From assembly GCA_965644495.1 (NCBI GenBank), contig CBFFSA010000003.1, positions 1,116,001 through 1,180,000 on the forward strand: a stretch of DNA of 64,000 nucleotides, written 5' to 3'. This document shows positions 30,674-41,700 of the stretch, one piece after another; within the stretch, counting starts at the first letter, position 1, and every line of letters begins with the position of its first letter. Position numbers and translations under genes: made by a program. Origin of the DNA: Perkinsela sp. CCAP 1560/9 (lineage: Eukaryota; Protista; Euglenozoa: Kinetoplastea). The notes beneath the pieces are model-generated. The model saw only the letters and a program-made list of their open reading frames with translations. It was not told where the DNA came from and searched no databases.

Positions 30674-33600
30674 TTACTCGGGAGTCGGAAAATTTGTTTC
30701 GTCCAATGCATTAGTGTCGGCAACATCACATGCTGTAGCCATTGATGAAGCGGCTGAGTACCTAGACGGGCTGGAATCATCATCTACACTTGTTGCACTC
30801 GTTTCCGCCCGGATATTTAACGCAGTATTTGTCGTATTATGTAACTGAGGTGTTAGTGCAAGTTCTGAAGCCACTTCTGTCGCGCTTACTAATACTATTG
30901 GCCGTTTTAAGGGAACTTTGCGTGTCCCATCTTCAGGTGACAGACGAGTGTTCAAATTTACAGGGACTGGAGAAATAGACTCACGTGGGTTCTTCCTGGC
31001 AATTTGTTTACTATGCGCCACAGAGGCGCCATCGGCACGACTCGGTGAAACCTGCACATGCTTCTCTGGCACTTGTTTTGAGGAGCTTACCGCGGGGCAC
31101 GGAGTGACTCCCCCTTTCATTGCTACAGGTGATATAATTCGCTGTCCCGTTTCATAGTGAGGAGGTGCAGGAATTTTTCGCGCACTTGTTTTCGATGTAT
31201 CACTTGAAACAGACTGAACAGAAAAGCGAGAAGGAGGCGTTATTAATGAAATCTCTCTCGCCGGTGTGAAAGTCTCACAGACTCGAGTACTGTTATCTCC
31301 AATGTTGCTCGAATGCCCGCTGGAGGCGATGTGAGCGGGTGGAGTGCCACTTGTCGGAGCATACGAGGCGGTTAGATCAGCCCCAAGGCGAGAACGGGAA
31401 TGGTTCGTTGAACTATCAATTGATTGCTGCGGAGCCATGATGAAAGAAAATCCTGCCGGTTGCGTGGCTATATTATTTCGTGTAGGAGTTACGTCCTTAG
31501 CTATTGATAAATGAGCTTGTGTCGATTCATATTTCCTCCCACTGGTCTGAGTTGAATCATCATCTGAGGCGTCGATGATTTGATTTTTTGGGAAAGGCCG
31601 AGCGCGGACAACGGTGACAGTCTGAGATCCTAAAAGTTCGAGTTCGGCCTCCGTTACGTCTGCATCGCAATCCTTTAACCACTTGGCGCGGAAGCCTCGG
31701 ACAAGCTCAAGAAAGGGTCGCCCATATTTTTTCAGCTTGATTTTCCCAAATCCTTGAACATTGCCTATTTCTTCCACTGTTGGACCATGATCATTAAATA
31801 TTAAGTCAGCAAGTTCATCCAGCGCAGGATTGCTAAGAAGATTGTATTCACGAATATTTTCCTCCAGTGCAACGTCGCGCCGGAGGTCTGCAAGTTGGGC
31901 TCGCAGATTCTGTCTCAGCTGCTGCATCTGCTCCAAGTACAAAGTGTTTGAAGTGCTATTCCCCGCAGTAGTGTACTTGTTGAGTTCCGTTGTATTTTCG
32001 AAGTCTTTGGAAAGCTCTACGGGACGAAATGACTTAGCGCGTGTCTCGAAATTCAACGTATTGGAACGGTCGTTCGAATCAGATACAAGAGGACGCTTGT
32101 TTTCTCGAGCTCCACGTTTTACACTAAGGCTTTCACCTGAGCCTGATGCAGGAACAGGTGGTACTTTTTTCTGTCCCCCCTTTCTTTGAGGTATCACACA
32201 CTTTCGAGTAAATTCGACATTTCTTAATGCTGAAGCACCTAACTTGTGTATCGAATTTCCCGTTGAGCTAAGTGAAAGCAAAGTTGATACCACATCAAAT
32301 CCTCCGGGGACTTTCTGTGCCAAAAGCTCTTCCGTAACGTACTCCCAAGTAACCAAGTTTTGGATAATTTGATCAATCCACTCAACTTTTTGGTCGGAAC
32401 CCAATCCGAAAGCTTCTGTATTGTGGCGCCCTGATGCTTTAATATCCCTGATTTTCTTGGCATTCACTTTTCCTACGCCCGACTCAGTTCCTCGGTAAGC
32501 CGAAGTCAATTGCCGAGCAGTGCAATTTCCGAGAAGCCCCAATATGTGTATGAGCCGTGAAACGTGTGGTGCAACAGGCACGTGCTCCACCTTCCACCCT
32601 TCCTTCACTTTCGAGTCACAAACGTCACATCTCAAGTTCTCGGTGTCTGTGAGGCAGAACCATGCGTCGTTCACAACTTCTCCGAAAAAATCAAGCTGTT
32701 GTTTGCGACGACAGACAGCGTCTTCTGTGACGAAGGTTATCATGTGATGCAGTTGTTTTTGATAAAATTTAGCCATTGCAGATGTCGTGTTTGATATTGC
32801 TATTAGCCTTTCAAGTCTAGATTTACTGCTTGGTGAGTAAAATAAAATACAGTCGCTTGGCTTCATGTCTCTACCTGCCCTCCCGCTTTCTTGATAGAAA
32901 CCCTCCATTGATTTCGGCATCATAGCGTGTATGACAAAGCGTACATCCGGTTTGTTTATCCCCATTCCAAACGCAATCGTAGCACAAATGACATGTATTT
33001 TTCCTCGGGTCCAATCTTCCTGGGCTGCTACCTTGCCAGAGCTAGCTGCGTGATAGTGTCCGGCATTTATACCTTTGCTTCGCAGATCTTGGGCCATTTT
33101 CTCTGTATCCTTTTGCGATAAACAGTAGACTATTCCACATTGCCCTTTGTACTTGCTTAAAATGAGAGAGGCAACATCATCTTCTTTCTTCGCCTTATGA
33201 ATGATCTGATAGCGCAAATTTGGTCGATTAAAGCTTCCACGAAAAACTTTCGCATTAGGAATGTGTAGCAGCGTAAGAACATCTTCCAATACCATACTTG
33301 TCGCAGTAGCAGTCAACGCCATTAAAGGGCAGTTTGGGAACAAATCTTTCAACATGCCTAGCTTCTTGTAATCCGGACGAAAGTCATGTCCCCATTGCGA
33401 AATACAATGTGCCTCATCGATAACTATACGATGTAGTTTTCCTTTCCGGTATAATGCCTGCAGTTTATTTATTAGATTGTCACTTCGACCAAACATTTCG
33501 GGTGTCGTGTAGACAAGAACATGATACGTGTGCTCTTCATCTTCGTATCCTCCACGCTCCCACTTTCCCCATTCCTCATAAATCTTCTTCTTCACCGTGT

Positions 33601-34870
33601 CTTTCGCTTGTCCCGTTAATGCGGCAGCGTTGACATTCATAGTTCGAAGACCGTCCACTTGATCTTGAATAAGGGAAACAAGCGGGGATATCACGATGGT
33701 TACGCCTCTTGAAGCACCGACCAAGGTTGGAAGTTGGTAGCACAGACTTTTACCACCGCCCGTAGGCAGCAGCACAAAAGCATCTTTCCCACTCAATGTT
33801 GCGTTAATCGCCTCTTCCTGTAGTGGACGAAATTTGTGCAGCCCGAATATGTCGCGGAGTAGGCCATGTACTTCCTGAGTCCATGGGCAGTGAACGAATT
33901 CGTTAGATTCATGCTGAGAGCTATTGGTGGTTTTTGAGCTTTTGTTCACATTTTCGTGATGTTTGTTTTCTATCAGTGTCCCGGATGTCTTGTTTAAGGA
34001 AGATTCGCAACGTTCTGGTAAGGTTACATTCTCCCAACTAAACGCATCTCGGACTCTTTGTTGAATGAGTGGGTTGGTAGAATTCCAATTGGTTCCATTT
34101 CTGACACTATTATGGCTTGAATTAGATTCGGGTGCCAATCCACTGCATTCAGACTTTTGTTCATGGGATTCGTAACGTGATGAATTTAATTCTTGCAATT
34201 GACACATGAGAGCTTCGTGTTTTTTATTTTCTTGATCTATTTCATAATCTATCCGACTTATTTCATTCTCCAGGGCCGTCCATTCATTTCCCGCTCCATG
34301 TGAAAGATCTGTCGATGCTTTTCTCATGAAAAGTTGCGCTTTTTCAGCGTGCAGCTGTGATATTTTGGTCAAGACCTGCTGTACTTCATACTTGACTGCG
34401 ACGGCAGAAGTAGAGACAGTATGACTGTCGTGGCCTTCGATGCTATTTTTTTGAACATAGGGTTTGTTCCATTTCGTCGAACTGTTCAGAGCAGGATTTG
34501 GGTAGGGCGTTGACACCTTTTCCGATTTATTCACAGAGGGAACAGTATGTGCATCATCGATATGAGTTTTCGTACTTTTGTGCCGGGCTATACACTCCTT
34601 TTTCTTTTCGTAATATGCCTCAAAGGATAGGATATCTTCCTGTTTAAGATCGGGCCAGCAAAGATTGGGATCTAACTGATCGTTAGACATTATCTTTTTG
34701 TTTTCCTCGGCTCGGCCTCTCTGAATAGTATTCGTAAGTGGATAAAGAAATTTTTCTTCACTCGTTCGCAATTCTACATCGTCGAATGCACTACAGCTTT
34801 TTCTGTCAACTGCATCTGGTGCGTCCCTCTTCTCTAAGAATTTCAAAGCGGCGACAAAGTTATTTTGCAT
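30674..34870 (-). CDS. RecQ family DNA helicase (BLM/Sgs1-like, with RQC and HRDC)
   Basis: PTGGGKSLCYQLP, DEAHCISQWGHDFRPDY, AFGMGINKPDVR, QESGRAGRD, CRR Zn motif and HRDC-like GFGKIKLKKYG. Confidence 0.95.
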   Translation of the reverse strand: MQNNFVAALKFLEKRDAPDAVDRKSCSAFDDVELRTSEEKFLYPLTNTIQRGRAEENKKIMSNDQLDPNLCWPDLKQEDILSFEAYYEKKKECIARHKSTKTHIDDAHTVPSVNKSEKVSTPYPNPALNSSTKWNKPYVQKNSIEGHDSHTVSTSAVAVKYEVQQVLTKISQLHAEKAQLFMRKASTDLSHGAGNEWTALENEISRIDYEIDQENKKHEALMCQLQELNSSRYESHEQKSECSGLAPESNSSHNSVRNGTNWNSTNPLIQQRVRDAFSWENVTLPERCESSLNKTSGTLIENKHHENVNKSSKTTNSSQHESNEFVHCPWTQEVHGLLRDIFGLHKFRPLQEEAINATLSGKDAFVLLPTGGGKSLCYQLPTLVGASRGVTIVISPLVSLIQDQVDGLRTMNVNAAALTGQAKDTVKKKIYEEWGKWERGGYEDEEHTYHVLVYTTPEMFGRSDNLINKLQALYRKGKLHRIVIDEAHCISQWGHDFRPDYKKLGMLKDLFPNCPLMALTATATSMVLEDVLTLLHIPNAKVFRGSFNRPNLRYQIIHKAKKEDDVASLILSKYKGQCGIVYCLSQKDTEKMAQDLRSKGINAGHYHAASSGKVAAQEDWTRGKIHVICATIAFGMGINKPDVRFVIHAMMPKSMEGFYQESGRAGRDMKPSDCILFYSPSSKSRLERLIAISNTTSAMAKFYQKQLHHMITFVTEDAVCRRKQQLDFFGEVVNDAWFCLTDTENLRCDVCDSKVKEGWKVEHVPVAPHVSRLIHILGLLGNCTARQLTSAYRGTESGVGKVNAKKIRDIKASGRHNTEAFGLGSDQKVEWIDQIIQNLVTWEYVTEELLAQKVPGGFDVVSTLLSLSSTGNSIHKLGASALRNVEFTRKCVIPQRKGGQKKVPPVPASGSGESLSVKRGARENKRPLVSDSNDRSNTLNFETRAKSFRPVELSKDFENTTELNKYTTAGNSTSNTLYLEQMQQLRQNLRAQLADLRRDVALEENIREYNLLSNPALDELADLIFNDHGPTVEEIGNVQGFGKIKLKKYGRPFLELVRGFRAKWLKDCDADVTEAELELLGSQTVTVVRARPFPKNQIIDASDDDSTQTSGRKYESTQAHLSIAKDVTPTRNNIATQPAGFSFIMAPQQSIDSSTNHSRSRLGADLTASYAPTSGTPPAHIASSGHSSNIGDNSTRVCETFTPAREISLITPPSRFSVQSVSSDTSKTSARKIPAPPHYETGQRIISPVAMKGGVTPCPAVSSSKQVPEKHVQVSPSRADGASVAHSKQIARKNPRESISPVPVNLNTRLSPEDGTRKVPLKRPIVLVSATEVASELALTPQLHNTTNTALNIRAETSATSVDDDSSPSRYSAASSMATACDVADTNALDETNFPTPE

Positions 34871-35202
34871 CAAAAGGAAGAAAATAATGCATACAATCGT
34901 ACTACAGTAGAACTACTGTACAACTATACAATACTTGAACGTAAAGTAGATATTTAACGCTTGTTGAGATATTTTGAGGTTTAAACCGAATATGATTTTT
35001 AATGATGATACTCAACGGCCTTCGATACCTTTTTTCCATACTACATTGCATACGCCACCTATGCGGATATGGTTCATGGTAACTGTGGTAACGATCGCAC
35101 AACACAAATAAAAAGGTTTCTTGAAACGTTTCTAATGTTATCGAGCTCCTGAGTAATTTTCGTCCTCTTTTCAAAACAGAGATCTTCGAAGATGCCGTTT
35201 GC

Positions 35203-38200
35203 TTAGCGTCTTTCCCTCTTGGAGGCTGTGCTGCTAGCTACAGGGTTCGATACTTCGCTCTTGTCAATATCTGATATCTTACTAGTTCTTTTTTTGACTC
35301 TCGTTTTTCCTCCCATGTACGAATATTCCTCACTCATATTTTTCGTTTCCACGGCATACGTGGGAACACGCTTCTGGTACTGCAGGCACTCCTCAATGTG
35401 CATAGCACGAATTTCTTGCAAGGTGTCTCCAGCGATGTGTTTTATAGTAGAACGGACGTAATCCAAGTGCTTTTCACAATGCTCTAATTCTGTACTCTTG
35501 TCAGACAAAACGGAGACAAACGCAAGATTTTCTTGCTGTGCGTACTCGTCCTTAAATATTTCAATTTTCTCGCGCAAGCTCAAATGTATAGAATGTAAGC
35601 ATTCACAAATTGGGTCAAACGAAAGCAATGTATGTAATTTTTTCGCTCTGTTCTTTTCTCCTTTGGTGTACAGACCAGCTGGTTGATCATATTCATCTTG
35701 TTTTTCAGCGAGTGCTTCCTGTTCTGAAGTTGGAACGCTTATTTTGGATAAACATTCTGCCGTCGAGCGGAATCGCAGAAGAAAGTCGTACTGATGCGTG
35801 GGAGCGCTAAACAATCTTCGAAAGACTTTCGTACTTAACAAAATTTCGTGTGCTTGATTGTAGCCAAGTTGATTCATGTAGGCGAATATACTTCGCAGAG
35901 CAGATCTACATATTCTGACGCAACGGAGCATTATTCTTGGTTCCAGATTCAGTGTGAATGGAGAGTCTTCACTGTAATTAGTGACTATATGGACGCATCG
36001 ATCATTTGACAGTTTTCTTTGCGATGTTTTATGTTCAGATGCATTGATTATGTAGCGGCATGTATCCCATCGAAAGGATGCTACAGAAAATAATGTTGAC
36101 AGAATACCTCGAAGAAAGCTTCGTGGCAAGCATCTATTCGGCAAATCAAACTGTTCGGCGGAGGGAAAGTATTGAGACGCGACAAATAGTTCGATAGTTT
36201 CATCAGAAATATATGGCTGGAGAAGTTGCGCTGAAAAAAACCTTTTTAAAAACTGTATTACTAGAGAGGCCGTGGGATGAGTTGTAGTCAAAAGTTTTAT
36301 CTCCTTATGATGTTGCGGCAAATGCAAGAAGTCACGCTCCATGTTGGCAGCATCAGTTGGCCCATCTTCCAAGCGTAAAAGCTGGATCAGCCTCGGATAA
36401 AATAATTGAACACGAAATACGAAGCCAACAACTACCACGTTGACATGGTTGTCCCCCACATTGCATACCATGCCATATCTTTTTCGTAAAATGTTGGCCA
36501 GTTCAAGATGCAGAGAAGACAACACGCAGCTGCACGCTTTTGCGTGGTCGGGCCACATACTATGCTTTCCTAGGGTTACTACAACTGAAATAATGGATGG
36601 TTTTCCACGCTGAGTTAGGTTTTCGTCGACATCAAAATCTTTCGATTCCTTTACATGGATCAGATATTTATGTGGACGCGGTGCCCACACTGCACAGTTT
36701 CGCAGAGAAGCGTGTGTTGCATCGACACCTTCTATACTTACTGGAAATCCAGAGTCAGATACTGACTCTATACACCCTTTTAATTTGTTAAAACTTACTA
36801 ATAAAAGTTGGTTTAATTTGGCCTGGGCCTCGATTGTTTTTCGCTTTGGAACAGAGGTTTCCTTCCCTTCTGTTTGGAACGTCCACATCGTTTCGTCATT
36901 AGGACTCGATCTCAAAATAATTTCGCGATCAACATCAAACCCATAAACGAGTTGTGGAGGTATACCCCGATGGCGCTCCCACACGTCTTGCACAATTTGT
37001 AAGAATATTTCCTCAATACTTCCCGAGGAAAATACTCGAGCTGCACGAATCACACCGTCCGAAAACTGGCGATGATCAGTATTTGGCCCCCAGAAAGACT
37101 TGAAGGATTCTATCTCATCACGCTCTTCAATTGTTGGACCCTTTACCACTCGAGATCCAATGATCGGACTGTCTTGCAGCTGCAGTCCAAATACTACAGT
37201 CCAGTAAGGCTCTTGAGAGTTCTTGCTTCGCATTTGTTCGTTCGATAAAAATATTTTCCAACTATGCCACTTAATTCTGTCTTTGAACGCCACATCTAAT
37301 AGTTCTCCAAGACCGAGGACAAACTCGCTCATCGGCACAGAAGGTGATGGGGTCTTTAAGAGTTTGATCCCCAAAAATAAATCGTGAGCCATCCAAAATT
37401 GGTCTATTTTCCGAGTAACGGAAAGAAAAGAATCGGTAACCTCATTCAGAGTCTCTTTTGGTTGAAGCATTTTCATTATTACGCGAACGATTTCTAGTAA
37501 AAGCTGGAAAGAGTTCTTCCCAAAACGAAACGCAGGATTGTAATTGGCGATCGGCTTTCTGCATAAGAGTTTCTGCTCTTCACCGACATTACCACTCGTC
37601 GTCAGATGTTTAATCGCATGTTCTACATTCTCAGCACTGTCCAAGCTATGCAAAAACTGGTAGACAATTTCTTTTTTCGATCTTTCCGAAATGTTAAAGT
37701 TACGCGTAAAGCTACAGAGTAATTCAGTGATAATGGTTGATGTGATTTCGGGAGTGACAGTAAACTTTGCAAACGTTTCCTTTATATCTGTAAGAATTGT
37801 GACTAAAATAGGATGCTGTTTCAAGATTGCGTGTGCCTTCGCCAATTGCGACTCCATAGTAGCATCTTCCGCTATAATTTTCCAGTAGAAAGAATCTCGA
37901 TGTTTACTCAACAGTCGATTTTGAATAGTTAGATTATTCAGGGGCCCTCGCACAATGTTTTGAGAAGCTGCTGGATGAATCCGAATAGCAAAATTTCGCT
38001 CAGGTAAATTGCTTGCTATCCACACCACTTCGACACATGTCTTTTCGGCATGTGCAAGGCATACCTGCACGTGACAACCGTTTTTATCACTGCCGTTGCT
38101 TTGGTCCAAGTGACAGCGGAGTCTATCCCGTAACCAAGACACATATAGGGAGCGACAAGTAAGGTAACGGTGCTTGCATAGGTCTTCTTTAGAACAAAAG

Positions 38201-38388
38201 CACTCAGGCATGTACGCGACAAGGTCAACATTTCGACGTGAAGGACAAATGGTTCGCAAAATAAAACTTCCTATGACTGCAACACGCGTCGGGGTATTGT
38301 GGTCCGAATCTGACTTCAAGAGCGTGTCCCTAACTTGATGTATCCGGGCTTCGATACAACTGATGTAATTGGAATCATCCCACTCCAT
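35203..38388 (-). CDS. UTP22: U3 snoRNP protein UTP22/NOL6 (Nrap family)
   Basis: IGSF...VDL, KGP...FKSFWG...RQFSDGVI, SMWPD and ISDETIELFVA. Confidence 0.85.
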   Translation of the reverse strand: MEWDDSNYISCIEARIHQVRDTLLKSDSDHNTPTRVAVIGSFILRTICPSRRNVDLVAYMPECFCSKEDLCKHRYLTCRSLYVSWLRDRLRCHLDQSNGSDKNGCHVQVCLAHAEKTCVEVVWIASNLPERNFAIRIHPAASQNIVRGPLNNLTIQNRLLSKHRDSFYWKIIAEDATMESQLAKAHAILKQHPILVTILTDIKETFAKFTVTPEITSTIITELLCSFTRNFNISERSKKEIVYQFLHSLDSAENVEHAIKHLTTSGNVGEEQKLLCRKPIANYNPAFRFGKNSFQLLLEIVRVIMKMLQPKETLNEVTDSFLSVTRKIDQFWMAHDLFLGIKLLKTPSPSVPMSEFVLGLGELLDVAFKDRIKWHSWKIFLSNEQMRSKNSQEPYWTVVFGLQLQDSPIIGSRVVKGPTIEERDEIESFKSFWGPNTDHRQFSDGVIRAARVFSSGSIEEIFLQIVQDVWERHRGIPPQLVYGFDVDREIILRSSPNDETMWTFQTEGKETSVPKRKTIEAQAKLNQLLLVSFNKLKGCIESVSDSGFPVSIEGVDATHASLRNCAVWAPRPHKYLIHVKESKDFDVDENLTQRGKPSIISVVVTLGKHSMWPDHAKACSCVLSSLHLELANILRKRYGMVCNVGDNHVNVVVVGFVFRVQLFYPRLIQLLRLEDGPTDAANMERDFLHLPQHHKEIKLLTTTHPTASLVIQFLKRFFSAQLLQPYISDETIELFVASQYFPSAEQFDLPNRCLPRSFLRGILSTLFSVASFRWDTCRYIINASEHKTSQRKLSNDRCVHIVTNYSEDSPFTLNLEPRIMLRCVRICRSALRSIFAYMNQLGYNQAHEILLSTKVFRRLFSAPTHQYDFLLRFRSTAECLSKISVPTSEQEALAEKQDEYDQPAGLYTKGEKNRAKKLHTLLSFDPICECLHSIHLSLREKIEIFKDEYAQQENLAFVSVLSDKSTELEHCEKHLDYVRSTIKHIAGDTLQEIRAMHIEECLQYQKRVPTYAVETKNMSEEYSYMGGKTRVKKRTSKISDIDKSEVSNPVASSTASKRERR

Positions 38389-38731
38389 GATTTCGAAAAG
38401 AGATTCAAATTAAGCGTGGAAAGAAAACTCTAGTAAACTGGAAATTCAGTTAACACGTTTTAAGCACCCATAATGGTGTTAAGCACCAATTAGAAACAGA
38501 ATTATGTAGGTATTACATGTCAGCACCGCTCCGCCATGAAACTTGTGAACTCAAACCACATGCTTTTTTTCCTTCATAAACAGGAGTGGACACATTGACA
38601 AAAAAGTATAGAATTCCAATGTGTACATAAAGAAGAAATACGTTCTTATTTACGCACATAACCAAGCCCATTTTGTTATCTCATTGCGGGTTTACCTAAT
38701 GGCATGTTTAGTAATCGCTTAACAGTGCTTA

Positions 38732-41700
38732 TTACAACTTAGATTGTGGCCCTTTATCATTGTTTTGTTGGCGGGCCACGTGTTCTGTCTCTTCTGCAAG
38801 CGTCATCATAGCCCGCGGAAGATGAGAGATAGACGCGACTTCTAAATCTTGCTCTGAATCGCTCTTGAGACCTTCAATGTATCGAAGCTCATCGTGGTAG
38901 GTTTCGAAACGAAAAGCAACGCGAACACCAGGGACGTGAGAGCTACCTACTTGGTTTCCACGGCAGCTGCTGAGATAATAATCAGATCCTAACCATTTCT
39001 CTTTTTGCTCATGAGAAAAACCACAGTGAAGAACGGAGTATCGCGCAAGTTCACACATATCGGTAGCAGAAAGCTTAAATATTTTTGCTGCAATGGAGTA
39101 CTCCTCGATGAGCGGCTGTGACGTATGATGAAATTGTAAGGGATCATCTGTACTGAGAGACACGGCTAGACCGCGCTTGAAGAAATACGGAAAGGGATTC
39201 TTCGTGTATCGTAGGCAAATGCTGTTGTTACTTAGAGGTGAAACAGCAATAGGAATTTGTGCCAAGTAAAATAAGTATTGTAGCGGAGCGTTGGAACGTA
39301 AATTAATTCCATGGTTAATTCCCGTCGCCAGAAGGAATCCGTCTATTAAATGGTTTGATGATCCACTTTCGCCGCAATGCGGACGAAAAGAAAAGGTACC
39401 TAGACCCTTTTGCTCACGATAAGCATTGAGGCTTTGCAGGTTCGCCCAAAGATAGTACATCCAGTACCAGTACGGGGGGTTATTTTCTCGAGTCCACTGA
39501 TGTGGAAAAATTCTAATTGCCTCTCTACTTTTTCCAGGAGTGTAGTCCAGCACTGACTCATTATCCACAGAATCGAATCCTGATATGTGTTGCAGAAAAT
39601 TGTGTAGGTCAGGGTCTGATGAAACATCGATACTCACTTCCCAAAGGGGCAAAAAGATATTTTCTAACAACTCTGCAAAGCTGGTGACTTCTTGGGCTTT
39701 TCGATACTCTTGATAAATGCGGGGAATTTGAATCAGAAATCGATTACTTTTCGAACTCATTCCATGACTCATAAACCAGTGGGCCAACTTACTCCACTCA
39801 TCGCGTTTACGACCGTAGATAGATACGCGAAGCTCGGTGTACGAGAATTGATTTTTCAAATTCTTGCGAAAAACACGCTTTATAATCTCGGCGATGTAGC
39901 GGCCCCCGACAGCGTTATCCGTCTTGAGAAATAGTTTTCGTAGAGCAGGGAGACCCAAAGGGTTGTATTTAGAATTGAAGGTGTCAAACCGTTCCCAAAC
40001 GCTGCGATCTGCTTGTACGTCAAGCGCATCTACAGTTAGCGATTCCACGTCCTGTACTTGAAGTTGTTGTTGAAGTTCTGCTAAGCTTGTCGTACGGTCG
40101 TCCAGAACAATATCATCACCGTGATTGGTAAATTGTTCTTTGACGTAGTCTAACAGTTCCTTTGCTGTCATACCTGCAGCCATGTGGCAGTGTGTATCAA
40201 CCTTTATAGTATGATATAAGTCCCTGTGATCCTGACGGGTCTCCTTGATACCCTTTTCTTTCTCGAGTTCAGCGTTTAGAGCCTCATGAAGTTCGAATTT
40301 CGATAGCAATACATTTAGCCGTCTGCGACAGAGGTTCTGCAAGGAAGGATTATCAAGTATGTTTTGTATTCTGCTGAAGTCGTCATAGTACTCCGATACG
40401 AATGGTAAATGGTGAAGAAACGTGCATGTCCAAATACCTTGTACGTATCGCACTGAATTTGAAGAGTTGAATACCGATATTTTAGCATCGGCTCCTTCCA
40501 TCGAAGCATGATTTTTCGAACGAAGTCCGGAAAGTGATAATCGTGCAACTGGAGAAAAGGACAGTGTTTCGCTTAATGAGTCTTGTTTTTCACATTGAAA
40601 GGAAAAGTATTTCTTCCGAAGATCTAAGGCATGTCGCAGTAACTTGTACAGTGAAGGCGCACAAGCTTGAGAACTTCGTGTTTCTTTTGATACTTGTCGC
40701 GAAAGATCATGACGAGCAACGCTTTGACGAGGTGAAACATGAACACGTATGAAAGGTCGGGCATTTGTATCAAGAACTCTCTTAGTTTCTTCGAAACATT
40801 CTGATCGAGTATCTCCTGTAATAGCGGCCGGTTTACTACTCGAAGGTTCAGGCACTGATTGCGCGTCCTGGCACTCTGTAAGTTGATTTGTTCTTAACAA
40901 AAAGTGTTCATGGAATAAACAAGCTTTTCTAAATTCGTCTCGGCCATAGAGAATTTCGTCCAGTGCTATGTAATTTTCACAATCAGCTTTTGGATGCGTG
41001 GAATTCATGTTGCAGTGTTCCGAAAGGTGGTTCAGCATACGTATCCCAGCGTTACACATTTCAAAAACATCGATGGAGTTCACTCGTCCTGTGTTTCTAG
41101 CCGCGTCATATTCTTCCAGTAGCGCATCAATGTGATTGTAACGTTGCAATGGGTCTTCAGTACATAAAGAAAGCTGGAGCCCAGCGCTCAGCAAGTATTC
41201 CATAACAGGCTCCGCATTACTATGTCGACCGCGAAGAGACAATGTAAGATAAATTTGGTGCAAATAGAACAGGTAGCATAGCAGTGGGTGCTTTGTTAGA
41301 GTTGTTGCATGAGCAACCTGGTCACATAGTAGGTAAGACGTTGCAAGGAGCCAAACATCAACATTTTCTTCGCAGGAAAACCAGAGCTGAGGTGACGACG
41401 TACAGCGATGCAATTGGACATCTGATGACGTTGTTGCTTTGTAGGCCTTTAGAGCTTCCAAATGCACAGACATGTAAAACAGTAATACTGGTGGAGCGAC
41501 TATGCTGCCTGCTAAATATTTTCGAGGCCTGCGAAACGTATGAAGATGACCACCAGATGTTCCGGACACACTGAAAGAAACTACCTTGTCCAAGACCGGG
41601 AGAGCCCAATCCCACTCAGGGTTTCCACCATAGGACTCAAAAAAAGGCTCAAAAATATTTTGAAGCTGTGAGTGGAAGTTATCTACCTCCATAGGCACTT